From the NCBI RefSeq assembly GCF_009914755.1, contig NC_060938.1: 64,000 nt of DNA. The stretch is one strand, 5' to 3'. Below the pieces are notes generated by a model. It was not told the DNA's origin. It was given only the letters and a program-made list of their open reading frames with translations, and searched no databases. The DNA comes from the human T2T-CHM13v2.0 reference genome, Homo sapiens. This document shows positions 39,901-55,100 of this stretch, one piece after another. Every line of letters begins with the position of its first letter. Positions within the stretch are counted from its first letter, which is position 1. The position numbers and the translations under genes were made by a program.

Positions 39901-41519
39901 TTGAATTGAGTGAAATTGAGTGGAGTGGAATGGAGTGGAGTGGAATGGAATGAAGTGGAATGGAAAAAAAGGAACAGAACAGAAATGAATGGAAAGATTT
40001 GGAGTGGAGTGCAGCGGAGTGGATTTGAGTGGAGTGGATCTGAGTGCAGTGGAATGGAATGGAATGGAATGAAATGGAGTGAAGCGGAGTGCAGTGAAGT
40101 GGAGTGCAGTCGAGTGGAATGGAGTGGAGTGGAGTGGAATGGAAAGAAATGGAACGTAATGGAATAGAATGGAATGGAATGGATTGGAATGGAACGGAAT
40201 GGAGTGGAGTGCAGTAGAGGGGAGTTGAGTGGAGTGGATCGGAGGGCAGTGGAAAGGAATGAAATGGAATGGAATGGAATGGCACGCAGTGCAAAGGAAC
40301 TTAGTGGTTTGGAGTGGAGTGGAATGGAATGGAGTGGAGTGGATTGGAGTCGAATGGAGTGGAGTGGAGTGGAATGAAATGGAATGGAATACAGTTGAAT
40401 GGAATGGTGAAATGAAATGTGAGATAAGATTGTGGCACTGCATTCCAGTCTGGCTGACAGAGTGAGATCCAGCAGAAATTAAGGAAAGAAATGGAATGGA
40501 GTAGAATGGAATGAAATGGAGTGGAGTGGAATGGAATGAAGTGGAATGGAGTGGAGTGGACTGGAATGGAGTGGAGTGGAATGGAGTGGAGTGGAATGGA
40601 GTGGAATGGAGTGGAAAGGAATGTAGTGGAAAGGAATGGAGTGGAATGGAATGTAGTGGAATGGAATGGAGTTTAATGGAATGGAGTGGAGTGTAATGGA
40701 GTGGAGTGTAGTGGAGTGTAATGGAGTGGAATGGAGTGGAATGAACTGCAATGGAAGGGAATGCAATGTAATGGAGGGGAATGCAATGGAATGCAATGGA
40801 GTGGAGAGGAATGCAATGGAAAGTAACAGAGTGGAGTGGAGTGAAATGGAGTTGAGTGGAATCGAGTGGATTGGAATGGAGTGGAATGGAGTTGAATGGA
40901 GTGAAATGGAATGGAATTGATTGGAATGGAACAAATTGGCGTGGAGAGGAATGGCGTGGAAGGGAGTGGAATGGAGTGAAATGGAGAGGAGTGAGTTGGA
41001 ATGGAGTGGAGTAAAATGGAGTGGAGTGGAGTGGAATGGAGTGGAGTGGAATGGAATGCAATGGAGTGGAATGGAGTGGAAAGGAATGGATTGGAATGAA
41101 GTGCAATAGAATGGAGTGGAATGGAATGGAGTGGAATGCAACGGCATGGAACAGAGCAGAACTGAATGGAACAGAACGGAATCGAGCGGAGTGGAGTGTA
41201 GTGCAGTGGAGTAGAGGTGAGTGGAGGGGATCGGACTGTAGTGGAATGGAATGGAATGGAATGGAATGGAATGGAATGGAACGGAGTGCAGTGGAGTGGA
41301 GTGGAATGGAGTGGAGAAGAGTGGAGTGGAATGGAATGGAGCGAAGTGGAATGGAATGGAACGGAAAGGAATGGAAAAGAATGGAATGGAATGGAACAGA
41401 AGGGAGTGGAGTGGAGTTGAGTGGAGAAGATGGGAGTGCAGTGGAATGGAATGAAATGAAATGGAAAGGAATAGAATGGAGTGGAGTGGAATGGAATGGA
41501 TTGGAGTGGAGTGGACTGG

Positions 41520-41830
41520 AATGGAATGGAAAGGAATGGAATGGAATGCAAGGGTGAAATGAAATGTGAGCTAAGATTTTACCACTGCACTGCAGTCTTG
41601 GTGACAGAGCGAGATCCAATAGAAATAAAGGAATAGAATGGAATGGAGTGGAATGTAATGGAATGGAGTGGAGTGGAATGGAATGGAAAGGAATGGAATG
41701 GAATGCAAGGGTGAAATGTAATGTGAGCTAAGATTTTGCCACTGCACTGCAGTCTTGGTGACAGAGTGAGATCCAATAGAAATAAAGGAATAGAATGGAA
41801 TGCAGTGGAATGTAATGGAATGGATTGGAG
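41520..41830 (+). repeat. 157-bp tandem duplication including an Alu-derived cassette
   Basis: Cassettes at 41553 and 41710 share private variants (GCAAGGGTGAAAT, AAGATTTT, CTGCAGTCTTGG, CCAATAGAAATAAAG). Confidence 0.9.
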
Positions 41831-43179
41831 TGGAATGGAATGGAGGGGAATGGAGTAGAGTGGAGTGGAATGGAGTGTAGTGGAAAGGACAGGAATAGAA
41901 TGGAAAGGAAGGGAGGGAATGGCATGGAGTGGAATGGAATGGAATGGAATGGAGTGGAATGGAGTGGAATGGAGTAGAATGGAGTGGAATGGAGTGGAAT
42001 GGAATGGATTGGAGTGGAGTGGAATGGAATGGAATGAAGTGGAGTGGAGTGCAGTGGAGAGGAGTGGAATGGAGTAGAATGGAGAAGAATGGAATGGAGT
42101 GGAGTGGAACTGAATGGAATGGAATGGAATGGAAAGGAATGGAACAGATAGGAAGGGAGTGGAATGGAGTGCAGTGGAGTTGAGTGGAGCTGATCTGAGT
42201 GCAGTGGAATGGAATGGAAAGGAATGGAATGGAGTGCAGTGGAATGGAATGGAGTGGAGTGGAGTGGAATGGAGTGGTGTGGAATGGAATGGAATGGAGT
42301 CGAATGGAATGGATTGGAATGGAATGGTTAAATGAAATGTGATCTAAGATTCTGCCACTGCACTCCAGTCTGGGTGACAGAGTGAGATTCAGTCTAAATA
42401 AGAGAACGGAATGGCATGTAGTTGGATGGAATGGAATGGAGTGAAGTGGAATGGAATGGAGTGAAGTGGAATGGAATGGAGTGGAATGGAGTGGAGTGCA
42501 TTGGAATGGAGTGGAGTCGAATCGAGTGGAATGGAGTGGAATGGAATGAAATGGAATGGAGTGGAACGGAATGGAATAGCGTGGAATGGAGTGGAGTAGA
42601 GTGGAATGGATTGAAGAGGAATGGAGTGGAGTGGAGTGGAATGAAGTGGAGTGGTTTGGAAAGGAATGGAATGGAATTTAGTGGAATGGAATGGAAAGGA
42701 GTGGTGTGGAATGGAAACGAATGGATTAGAATGGAGTGAAAAGGAGTGGAGTTAAATGGAGTGGAGTGGAATGGAATGGAGAGGAATGCAACGGAACGGA
42801 ACGGAACGGAACTGAACAGAACGGAATGGAATGGAACAGAGTGGAGTGTAGTGCAATGGAGTGGAGTTGAGTGGAGGGGATCGGACTGTAGTGGAACGGA
42901 AAGGAATGGAATGGAACGGAGTGGAGTGGAGTGGAGTGGAATGGAGTGGAGCAGAATGGAGTGGAATGGAATTGAATGGAGTGGAATGGAATGGAAAGGA
43001 ATGGAATGGAATGGAATGGAACAGAAGGGAGTGGAGTGGAGTGGAGTGGAACTGAGTGGAGATGATGGGAGTGCAATGGAATGGAAATAAATGGAATAGA
43101 ATGGAAAAGAGTGGAGTGGAGTGGAATGCAATGGAGTGGAGTGAAGTGGAGTGGAGTGGAGTGGAATGGAGTGGGGTGG

Positions 43180-43570
43180 AGTGGAGTGGAGTGGAGTGGA
43201 ATGGAATGGAATGGAATGGAATAGTGAAATGAAATGTGAGCTAAGATTCTGCAACTGCACTACAGTCTGGGTGACAAAGTTAGATCCAGTCAAAATAAAG
43301 GAATGGAAAGGTATGGAGTAAAATGAAATGGAATGGGTTGGAGTGAAATGGAATGGAGTGGAATGGAGTGGAGTGGAGTGGAGTGGAATGGAATGGAATG
43401 GAATGGAATGGAATGGAATGGAATAGTGAAATGCAATGTGAGCTAAGATTCTGCAACTGCACTACAGTCTAGGTGAAAAAGTTAGATCCAGTCAAAATAA
43501 AGTAATGGAAAGGTATGGAGTAAAATGAAATGGAATGGGTTGGAGTGAAATGGAATGGAGTGGAATGGAG
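43180..43570 (+). repeat. 202-bp tandem duplication including an Alu-derived cassette
   Basis: Cassettes at 43223 and 43425 share ATAGTGAAAT, GATTCTGCAACTGCACTACAG, GTTAGATCCAGTCAAAATAAAG and the flank AAGGTATGGAGTAAAATGAAATGGAATGGGTTGG. Confidence 0.9.
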
Positions 43571-46500
43571 TGGAGTGGAGTGAAATGGAGTGAAATGGAG
43601 TGGAGTGGAACGGAGTGGAGTGGAGTTTAATGGAATGGAATGGAATGCAGTGGAAAGGGAGGGAATGGAGTGGAGTGGAATGGAGTGGAATGCAGTGGAG
43701 TGCAATGGAATGGAGTGGAATGTTGTGAAATGGAGTGCAGTGGAATGGAGTGGAGTGGAATTGAATGGATTGGAATGGAATGGAACAGAATGGAAGAGAA
43801 TGGAAAGGAGTGCGGTGGAGTGGAGAGGAGTTCACTGGAGTGGATCGGAGTGCACTTGAATTGAATCGAATGAAATGGACTGGAATGGAGTGTAGTGATT
43901 GGAGAGGAGTTTGGTGGAATTGAGTGGAATTGACTGGAGTTGTGAGAAGTTGTGTGGAGTGGAGTGGAATGGAGTGGAATGGAAGGGAGTGGAGTGGTAT
44001 GTAATTGAATGGAACAGAATGGAGTGGAACGGAATGGAATGGAGTGGAGTGGAGTGGAGTTGAGAGGAGTGGGTCGCAGTGCAGTGGAATGGAAAGGAAT
44101 TTGATGGATTTGAATGGAATGTAGTGGAGAGGAATGGAATGGAATAGAATGGAGTGGAGTGGAATGAAATGGAGTGGAGTGGAGTGTAAGGGAGTGGAAC
44201 GGAGTGGTGTGGAATGGAGTGGAATGGAGGGGAATGGAATGGAATGGAATGGAGTGGACTGGAAAGGAATGGATTGGAATGGAATGGAGTAAAGTGTATT
44301 GGAGAGGAGTCGAGTAAAATGGAGTGGAATGGAGGGAAATGGAGTGGAGTGATATGGAGGGGAGAGGAATGGAAAGGAGTGGAATGGAATGAAACAGAAT
44401 GGAATAGAATGGAACAGAGTGGAGTGGAGTCGAATGGAGTGGAGTTGAGTGGAGTGAAACCGAGTGCAGTGGAATGGAATGGAATGGAAAGGAATGGAGT
44501 GGAGTGAAGTAGAGTGTAGTGGAGTGGTGGGGAGTTGAGTGGAATGGTGTGAAATGGAATGGAGTGGAGTGGAGTGGAATGAAATGGAATGTAACGGAAT
44601 GGAAAGTAATGAAATGAAATGGAATGGAAAAGAAAGGAACGGAGTGGAGAGCAGTGGAGAGGAGTTGAGTGGAGTGGATTGGAGTGCAGTGGAATGGAAT
44701 GGAATGCAAATGGATGGAAAGGAATGGGGTGGAGTGGAATGGAATGGAAGGGAGTAGAGTGGAATAGAGTGGAATGGAGTGAAGTGGAATGGAATGGAGT
44801 GGAGTAGAATGGAATGGAATGGAAGGGAATGGAATGGAATGGAATGGTGAAATGAAAGGTGAGCTAAAATTGTGCCACTGCACTCCTTTCTGGGTGACAG
44901 AGTGAGATCCATTTGAAATAAAGGACTGGAATGCAATGGAGTAGAATGGGAAGGAAAGGAGTGAAGTGGAATGGCATGGAGTGGAATGGAATGGAGTGGA
45001 ATGGAATGGAATGGAGTGGAATGGAATGGAGTGGAATGGAGTGGAATGGAATGGAATGGAATGGAATGGAGTGGAATGGAGTGGAGTGGAGATGAGTGGA
45101 GTAGAATGGAGTGGAGTGGAATGGAGGGGTATGGAGAGCAATGGAATGTAATGTAATGGAGTGTAATGGAATGGAATGGAGTGGAATGAAATTGAGTGGA
45201 GCGGAGTGGAGTGGAGTGAAGCGGATTTGAGTGGAGTGGAGTGGAGTTGAATGGACTGTAATGGAATGGAGAGGATTGGAATGAAATGGAACGGAATGGA
45301 ATGGAATGGAATGGAATGGAATGGAAAGAAACAGAAAGGACCTGAGTGGAGTGGACTGGAATGCAGTGGAGTTGAGTGGAGTGGTTCATAGTGGAATGGA
45401 ATGGAAAGGAATGGATTGGAATGGAATGGAGTGGAGTGGAATGGAATGGAATGGAATGGAATGGAATGGAATGGAATGGAATGGAGTGTAGTGGAGTGGT
45501 GTGGAGTAGATTGGAATCGAATGGAGTGTAGTGGAGTGGAATGCAATGGAGTGGAGTGGAATGGTGTGGAGTGGAATGGAATGGAGTGTAGTGGAGTGAT
45601 GTGGACTGCAATGGAATGAAGGGGATTGGAATGGAATGGAACGAAATGGAATGGAATGGAATGGAACGGAAAGAAAGAAACAGAACGGAACTGAGTGGAT
45701 TGGACAGGAATGAAGTGGAGTTAAGTGAAGTGGTTCACAGTGGAGTGGAAAGGAATGGAATGGAATGTAAAGGAACGGAATGGGAAGAAACAGAACAGAA
45801 CTAAGTGGAGTGGAGTGGAATGCAGTGGAATTGAGTGGAGTGGTTCAGAGTGGAGTGGAATGGAATGGAATGGAATGGATTGCAATGGAATGGAGTGGAG
45901 TGGAATGGAATGGAGTGGAGTGGTGTGGGGTAGAGTGGAATGGGATGGAATGGAATGGAGTGTAGTGGAGTAGAATGGATTGGAGTGGAGTGGAGTGTAA
46001 TGGTTTGGAGTGGAGTGGAATGAAGTATAGTGGAGTGGAGTGTAATGGAGTGGAATGGATTGGAACGGAATTAAAAGGAATGGAGTGGACTGGAATGGAA
46101 TGGAGTGGAATGGAATTGAATGGAGTGTACTGGAGTGGAGTCGAGTGGACTGTAATGGAATGGAAATGAAAGAAATGTAGTGGAGTGGTATGGATTGTAG
46201 TGGAATAGAATGGAGTGGAATGGAATGGAACAGAACAGAACGCAACGGAATTGAATGGAATGGAGTGGAGTGGAATGGATTAGAGTGGAGCTGAATGGAG
46301 TGGATTGTAGTGCAGTGGAATGGAATGGAATGGAAAAGAGTGATGTGGGTTACAGTGGAGTGGAGTGGAGTAGAGTGGAGTGGATTGAATTGGAATGGAA
46401 TGGAGTGGAGTGGAATGGAATGGAATGGAACGGTATGGAATGAAATGGAATGCAAAGGTATGGAAAGGAACGGAATGGAGGGGAGTGGAGTACAGTGGAG

Positions 46501-47476
46501 TTCAGTGGATTGTATCCGAGTGCAGTGAAATGGAATGGAATGGAAAGGAATGGAGTCTAGTGGAATGCAAAGGAATGTAATGGAGTAGTGTGGAGTGGAG
46601 TGGAGGGCAGTGGAATGGAATGGAGTGGAATGGCATGGAATGGATTGCAATGTAACGGAATGGAATGGAGTGGAGTGAAATGGAATGAAGTGGATTGGAG
46701 TGGAATGGACTGGAGAGGAATGGAAAGAAGTAGAATGGAATGGGGTGGAGGGAATGGAATGGGGTGGAGTGGAGATGAGTGGAGTGGAATGGAATGGATT
46801 GGAGTGGAATGGACTGGAGTGGGGTGGAAAGGAGTGCAATGGTGTGGAGTGGATTAGAGAGGATTTTAATGGAGTGGAATGGAGAGAAATGCAGTGGAGT
46901 GGAATGGAATGGACTGAAGTGCATTGGAATGGAATGGAAAGGAATGGAATTGAAAGGAATGGAATGGAACGGAAAGGAACAGATTGGAGTGGAGTGGATT
47001 GGAGTGGAGTTGAGTGGAGTGGATCGGAGTGGTGTGGAATTTAATGGAATGCAATGGAAAGGAATGGAATGGAGTGGAGTGGAGTGAAATGGAATGGAGT
47101 GGAGTGGAGTGGAATGGAATGGAATGGAGTGGAATGGAATGGAGTGGAGTGGAATGGAATGGAGTGGAGTGGAATGGAATGGAATGGAAAGAAATGGCAT
47201 GGAAGAGAACGGAATGGAATGGAAAGGAATGGAACAGAGAGGAGTGGAGTGGTGTGTATTGGAGTTGAGTGGAGTGGATAGGAGTGCACTGGAATGGAAT
47301 GGAATAGAATGGAATTGAATGCAATGGAATGGAAAGGAGTCGAGTGGAATGGAGTGGAGTGGCATGGAGTGGAGGGAAGTAGAGTGTAGTGGAGCGTGGT
47401 GGAATGGAATGGAATTGAGTGGAGTGTAATGGAATGGAATGGTGAAATGAAATGTGTGCTAAGATTGTGCCACTGC

Positions 47477-48389
<913 letters not shown>

Positions 48390-49192
48390 TTAGTGTACTG
48401 TAGTGGAATGGAGTGGAGTGGAGAGGACTGCAGTGGAGTTGAGTGGAATGGGGTGGAATTGAGTGGAGTGGAATGGAGTCGAGAGGAATGGAATGGAACG
48501 GAATGGAATGGAATGGAATGGAATGGAATGGAATGCAATGCAATGTAATGGAACAGAATGGAATGGAACAGAACGGAATGGAGTAGAGTGGAATGGAGTG
48601 GAGTTGAGTGTAGTGTAGTGGCGTGGAGTGGAATGGAATGGAATAGAATGAAATGGAATGGAATGGTGAAATGAAATGTGAACTGATTGTGCCACTGCAC
48701 TCCAGTATGTGTAACAGAGTGAGATCCAGTCAAAATAAAAGAATGGAAGGAAATGGAGTAGAATGGAATGGAAGGGAGTGGAGTGGAATGGAATGGAGGG
48801 GAATGAAATGGAATGGAGTGGAATGGAATGGAGTGGAGTGGAATAGAGTGGAATGGAGTGGAATGGAGTGAAACGTAATGGAGTGGAATGGAAGGAATGG
48901 AGTGGAATGGAGTGGAGTGGAGTCGAATGGAGTGGGGTACACTGAGTGGAATGGATTGGAGTGGAATGGAATGGAGTGGAATGGAGTGGAATGGAGTGGA
49001 ATGGAATGGAATGGATTGGGTTGGAATGAAATGGAATGGACTGGATAGCAATGGAGTGGAGTCGAGTGGATTGGAGTGGTGTGGAGTGGAGTGCGATGGA
49101 GTCGAATGGAATGAAATGGAGTGGAGTGGAGTGGAATGAAATGCAATGGAATGGAATGGAATGGAATGGAATGGAATGGAAAGGAACTGAAT

Positions 49193-52100
49193 GGTGAAAT
49201 GAAATGTGAGCTGAGTTTGTGCCACTGCACTCCAGCCTGGGTGACAGAGTGAGATCTTGTCAAAATATAGGAAAGTAATGTTATGGAGTGTACTGGAATT
49301 GAATAGAATGGAATGTAGTGGAGTGGAGTGGAGTAGAGTTCAGTGGAGTGGAGTGGAGTAGAGTTCAGTGGAATGGAGTGGAATGCAATGTGATTCAATG
49401 GAAAGGATTGGAGGGGAGTAGAGTGCAGTTTAATGGAGTGGAATGGAATGGGATGGAATGCAGAGGAGAGGAGAAAAGTGGAGTGGAATGGAATGGAGTG
49501 GAGTGGAGTTGAGTGGACTGGAGTGGAATGGAGTGGAATGGAATGGAAAGGTGAAATGAGATGTGAGCTCAGATTTTGCCACTGTGCTCCAGCGTGTGTG
49601 AGACAGTGAGACCCTGTCGAAAGAAAGGGATGGAATGGAAAGGTGTGTAATGGAAAGGAACGGAATTGAATGGAATGGAGTGGAGTGGAATGGAGTGGAA
49701 TGGAATGGGATGGACTGGAATGGAGTGTAGTGGTGTGGAGTGGACAGAAGTGGTAGGGAGTTTAATGGAATGGAGTGGAGTGGTGTGGAGTGGACTGGAG
49801 TGGAAGGGAGTTGAATTTAATGGGATGGAATGGAATGGAGTGGAGGGGAGTGGAGTGGAGTGGAAAAAAATGGAATAGAATGGAATGGAATGGAATGGAA
49901 TGGAATGGAAAGGAATGGAATGGAATGGAATGGTGAAATGAAATGTGAACTAAAATTGTGTTACTGCACTCCAGCCTGTGTGACAGAGTGAGATCCTGTC
50001 GAAAGAAAGGAATGGAATGGAATGGAGTACAATGAAATGGAATGGAATGGAATAGGGTGGAGTGGCGTGGAGTGGAATGGATTGGAATGTAATGTAATGG
50101 AATGACAATGGAGTGGAGTGGCGTGGTTTGGAATGGAGTGGAATGGAGTGGAATGGAATGGAGTGGAGTGGAGTGGAGTGGAATGGAATGGAATGGAATA
50201 GAATGGAGTGGAATGTAATGGAGTGGAGTTTAGTGGATTGGAGTGGAGTCGATAGGAGTGGAATGGAGTGAAATAGAGTGGAGTTGACTGGAGTGGAGTG
50301 GAATGGAAAGTAACGGAAAGAACTGGAATGGAACTGAATGAAACGGAGTGAGTGGAGTGGAATGGAGTTGAGTGGAGATGATCAGAGTGTAGTTGCATGG
50401 AATGGAATGGAATGGAATGGAGTGGAGTAGAGTGGAGTTTAGTTGATTGTAGTAGAATGGAGTGGAGTGAAGTGGAGAAGACTGCAGTGGAGTTGAGTGG
50501 AATAGAATGAAATTGAGTGGAATGGAATGGAGTGGAGAGGAATGGAATGGAATGGATCGGAATGCAATGGAATGGAATGGATCAGAACGGAATGGAGTAG
50601 AGTGGAGTGGAGTGGAGTGGAATGGAAAGACATGGAATGGAATGGAATGCAATGGAATGGAAAGGGGAAATGAAATGTGAGCTAAGATTGTGCCACTGCA
50701 CTCCTGTCTGGGTGACAGAGGAAGATCCAGTCGAAATAATGGAATGGAAAGGAACGAAGTAGAACGGAATGGAATGGAGTGGACTGGAATGGAATGGAGT
50801 GGATTGGAGTAGGGTGGAGTGGAATGGAGTGGAGTGGAATGGAGTGGAGAAGAATGGAGTGGAATGGAGTGGAGTGGAATGGAAAGGAATGGAGTGGAAA
50901 TGAATGAAATGGAGTGGAATGGATTGGAGTGGAGTGGAATGGACTGCAGTGGAATGAAGTGTTGTGGAATGGAGTGGAATGGAGTGGAATGGACGGGAAT
51001 GGAATTGAATGGAATGGGATGAAGTGCATTGGAATGTAATGGAGTGGAGTGTAGTGGGTTGGAGTGCGTTGGAGTGGAATGGAGGGCAGTAGAGTGAAAT
51101 GGAGTGCAGTGGAAAGGAGGGGAGTGGAAAGGATTGGAGTGGAATGGAAGAGAATGGAACAAAATGGAACGGAATGGAATGGAGTGGAGTGGAGTTGAGT
51201 GGAGTGGATCGGAATGCATTGGAATGGAATGGAATGAAATGGAACGGAGTGGAGTGTAGAGTCGTGGAGTGGAGAGGAGTGGAGTGGAATGGAGTGGAGT
51301 GAAGTGGAGTGGAATGCAATGGAATGGAATAGAATGAAATGGAATGGAATGGTGAAGTTAAATGTGAGCTAAGATTGTGCCACTGCACTCCAGTATGTGT
51401 GACAGAGTAAGATCCAGTCGAAATAAAGGAATGGAACGAAATGGAGTATAATGGAATGGAATGGAGTGGAGTGGAATGGAATGGAGTGGAATGAAATGGA
51501 GTGGAGTGGAATGGATTGGAGTGGAATGGAGTGGAGTGGAATAGAGTGGAATGGAGTGGAATGGAGTGAAATGGAATGCAGTGGAGTGGAAGGAATGGAG
51601 TGGAATGGAGTGGAGTGGAGTCAAATGGAGTGGAGTGCTCTGAGTCTAATGGAGTGGAGTGGAATGGAATGGAGTGGAATGGAATGGAATGGTATGGACT
51701 GGAATGAAATGGAATGGAGTGGAATACAATCGAGTGGAGTGGAGTGGATTGGAGTGGAATGGAGTGGAGTTGAATGGAGTCGAATGGAGTGAAATGGAGT
51801 GGAGTGGAGTGGATGAAATGGAGTAGGAATGGAATGGAATGGAATGGAATGGAATGGAATGGAATGGAATGGAACGGAATGGTGAAATGAAATGTGAGCT
51901 GAGATTGTGCCACTAAACTCCAGCTTTGGTGACAGAGTGAGATCCTGTTGAAAGAAAGGAAAGTAATGTTATGGAGTGTACTGGAATTGAATGGAATGGA
52001 ATGTAGTGGAGTGGAGTGGAGTGGAGCAGAAAGGAGTGGAATGCAATGTGATGCAATGGAAAGGATCGGAGTGGAGTGGAGTGCAGTGGTGTTGAGTGGA

Positions 52101-55100
52101 ATGGAATGGGATGGAATGGAGAGGAGAGGAGAAAAGTGGAGTGAAGTGGAATGGAATGGAATGAAGTGGAGTGGAGTTGAGTGGACTAGAGTGGAATGGA
52201 GTGTAATGGAATGGAAAGGTGAAATGAAATGTGAGCTCAGATTGTGCCACTGTACTCCAGCCTGTGTGAGACAGTGAGACCCTGTCGAAAGAAAGGTATG
52301 GAATGGAATGGAGTGGAATGGAAAGGAATTGAATTGAATGGAGAGGAGTGGGGTGGAGTGGAGTGGAGTGGAGTGGAATGGAATGGGATGGAAAGGAATG
52401 TAATGGTTTGGAGTGGAGTGGCGTTGAGTGATGTGGAATGGAGTGGAATGTAAAGGGATGGATTGCAATGGAGAGGACTGGAGTGGAGTGGAATGGAATG
52501 GAATGGAGTGGAGTGGAATAGAGTGGAGTGCACTGGAGTGCAATGGAATGGAACGGAATGGAATGGAATGGTGAAATTAAATGTGAGCTGTGATTGTGCC
52601 ACTGCACTCCAGCCTGGGTGACACAGTGAGATGCTGACAAAAGAAAGAAATGGAATGGAATGGAGTGCAATGAAATGGAACGGAATGGAGACGAGTGGAG
52701 TGGAGTGCAGTAGAATGGAGAGGAATGAAATGGATTGGAATGGGATGGAATTGAATGGAATGTAGTGGAGTGGAGTGGACTGGAATTGAAAGGAATGAAC
52801 TCGAATGTAATGGAATGGAGTGGAGTGGAGAGGAGTAGAGTGGAGTGGAATGGAATGGTTTCTAGTGGAATTGAATGGAGAGGAGGGTAGTGGAGTGAAG
52901 TATAGTGGAATGGAATGTAATTGAATGGGATTGAATGGAATGGAGTTGAGTGGTGTGGAGTGTACTGGAGTGCAAGGGAGTTGAATGGAATGGATTAGAG
53001 TGGTGTGGAGTGGAATGGAGAGGAAGAGAGTTGAATGGAACGGGATGGAATGGAATGGAGTGGAGTGGAGTGGAATAGAATGGAATGGAATGGAAATGAA
53101 TGGAATAGAATGGAATGGTGAAATGAAATGTGAACTGCAATTGTGTTACTGCACTCCAGCCTGGGTGACAGAGTGAGATCCTGTCAAAGAAATGAATAAA
53201 ATGGAATGGATTAGAATGGAACGGAATGGAATGGAATGGAATGGAATGGAATGGAATGGAATAGAATGGAGTGGAGTGGAGTGGAGTGGAATGGAGTGGA
53301 ATGTAATGGGATGGAATGACATGGAGTGGAGTGGTATAGAGTGGAATGGAGTGGAGTGGAGTGGAATGTAATGGAATGTAATGGAGTTGAATGTATATAG
53401 GGGAGTGGAGTGGAATGGAATGTAATGAAATGGAATGGATTGGAATGCAGTGGAATGTAATGGTGAAACTAAATGTGAGCTGAGATTGTGCCACTGCACT
53501 CCAACCTGGGAGAGAGAGTGAGATCCTGTCAAAAGAAAGGAATGGAACGGAATGGAGTGCAATGGAATTGAATGGAGTGGAATGGAGTGGAGTGGAGTGG
53601 AGTGGAGTGGACTAAAGTGGAGTGGAGTGGAGGGGAATGGAATGGTATGGAATGGATGGAATGGAATGGAATGGAGTGGAGAGGAATGGAGTGGAATGGA
53701 ATGGGATTGAATGGAGTGAATTGGAGTGGAGTGGAGTGGAGTGGAATAGAATGGAGTGGAATGGAATTTAATGGAATGGAATGGAAAGGAAAGGAATGGA
53801 ATGGAATGGTGAAATGTAATGTGAACTGAATCTTTGTCACTGCTCTCCAGCCTGGGTGACAGAGTGAGATCCTCTCAAAACAAAGAAATGGAATTGATTG
53901 GAGTATAACGGAATGTAATGGAATGCAGTAGAGTGAAATGGAGTGGAGTTGAGTGGAATGGAGTCTAATGGAACCGGATGGAATGGAGTGGAGTGGTGTG
54001 GAGTGCAGTGGAATGGAATTGAATGGAATGGAGTGGAATGCAATGGAATGGAATACAGTGGAAGGGATTGGTGAAATGAAATGTCAGCTGGGATTTTGCC
54101 ACTGTACTCCAGCCTGGGAGACAGGGTGAGATCCTGTGGAAAGAAAGGAATGGAACGGAATGGAGTGTAATGGAATGGAATGGAATGGAATGTAGTGGAA
54201 TGGAATGGAATGGAGTGTAATGGAATGGAATGGAATGTGGTGGAATGGAATGGAGTGGCATAGAAAGGGATAGAATGGAATGGAGTGCAGTGGTTTGGAG
54301 TGGACTGAAGTGGAAGGGAGTTGAATGGAATGGAGTGCAGTGGTGTGGAATAGACAGGAGTGGAAGGGAGTTGAGTGGAATGGGATGGAATGGAATGGAA
54401 TGGAGTGGAGTGAAGTGGGGTGGAATAGAATGGAATGGAATGGAATGGAATGGAATGGAATGGAATGGAATGGAATGGAATGGAATGGTGAAATGAAATG
54501 TGAACTGAAATTGTGTTGCTGCACTCCAGCCTGGGTGACAGAGTGAGATCCTGTCAAAAGAAAGGAATGGAATGGAATGGAGTAGAATGGAATGGAATGG
54601 AATGGAATGGAATGGAGTGGAGTGGAGTGGAGTGGAATGGAGTGGAATGTAATGGGATGGAATGACATGGAGTGGAGTGGCATAGAGTGGAATGGAGTGG
54701 AGTGGAGTAGAATGGAATACAGTGGAATGGATATAGTGGTGTGGAGTGGAATGGAATGCAGTGGAATGGAATGGAATGGAAGGGAATGGAATGGAATGCA
54801 GAAGAGTGGAGTGGAGTGGAATGGAATGGAATGGAATGGAATGGAATGGAAAGGAATGCAATGTAATGGAATGTAATGGAATGGTGAAATGAAATGTGAA
54901 CTGAGATTGTGCCACTGTACTCCATCCTGGGTGACAGAGTGAGATCCTGTCAAAAGAAAGGAATGGAATGGAAAGGAGTGTAGTGGAATGGAATGGAGTG
55001 GAGTGAAGTGGAGTGGATTGGCGTGAATGGAATGGGATGGAGTGGAATGGAATGGAGTGGATAGGAGTGGAGTGGAGTTGAGTGGAGTGGATTGGAGTGG

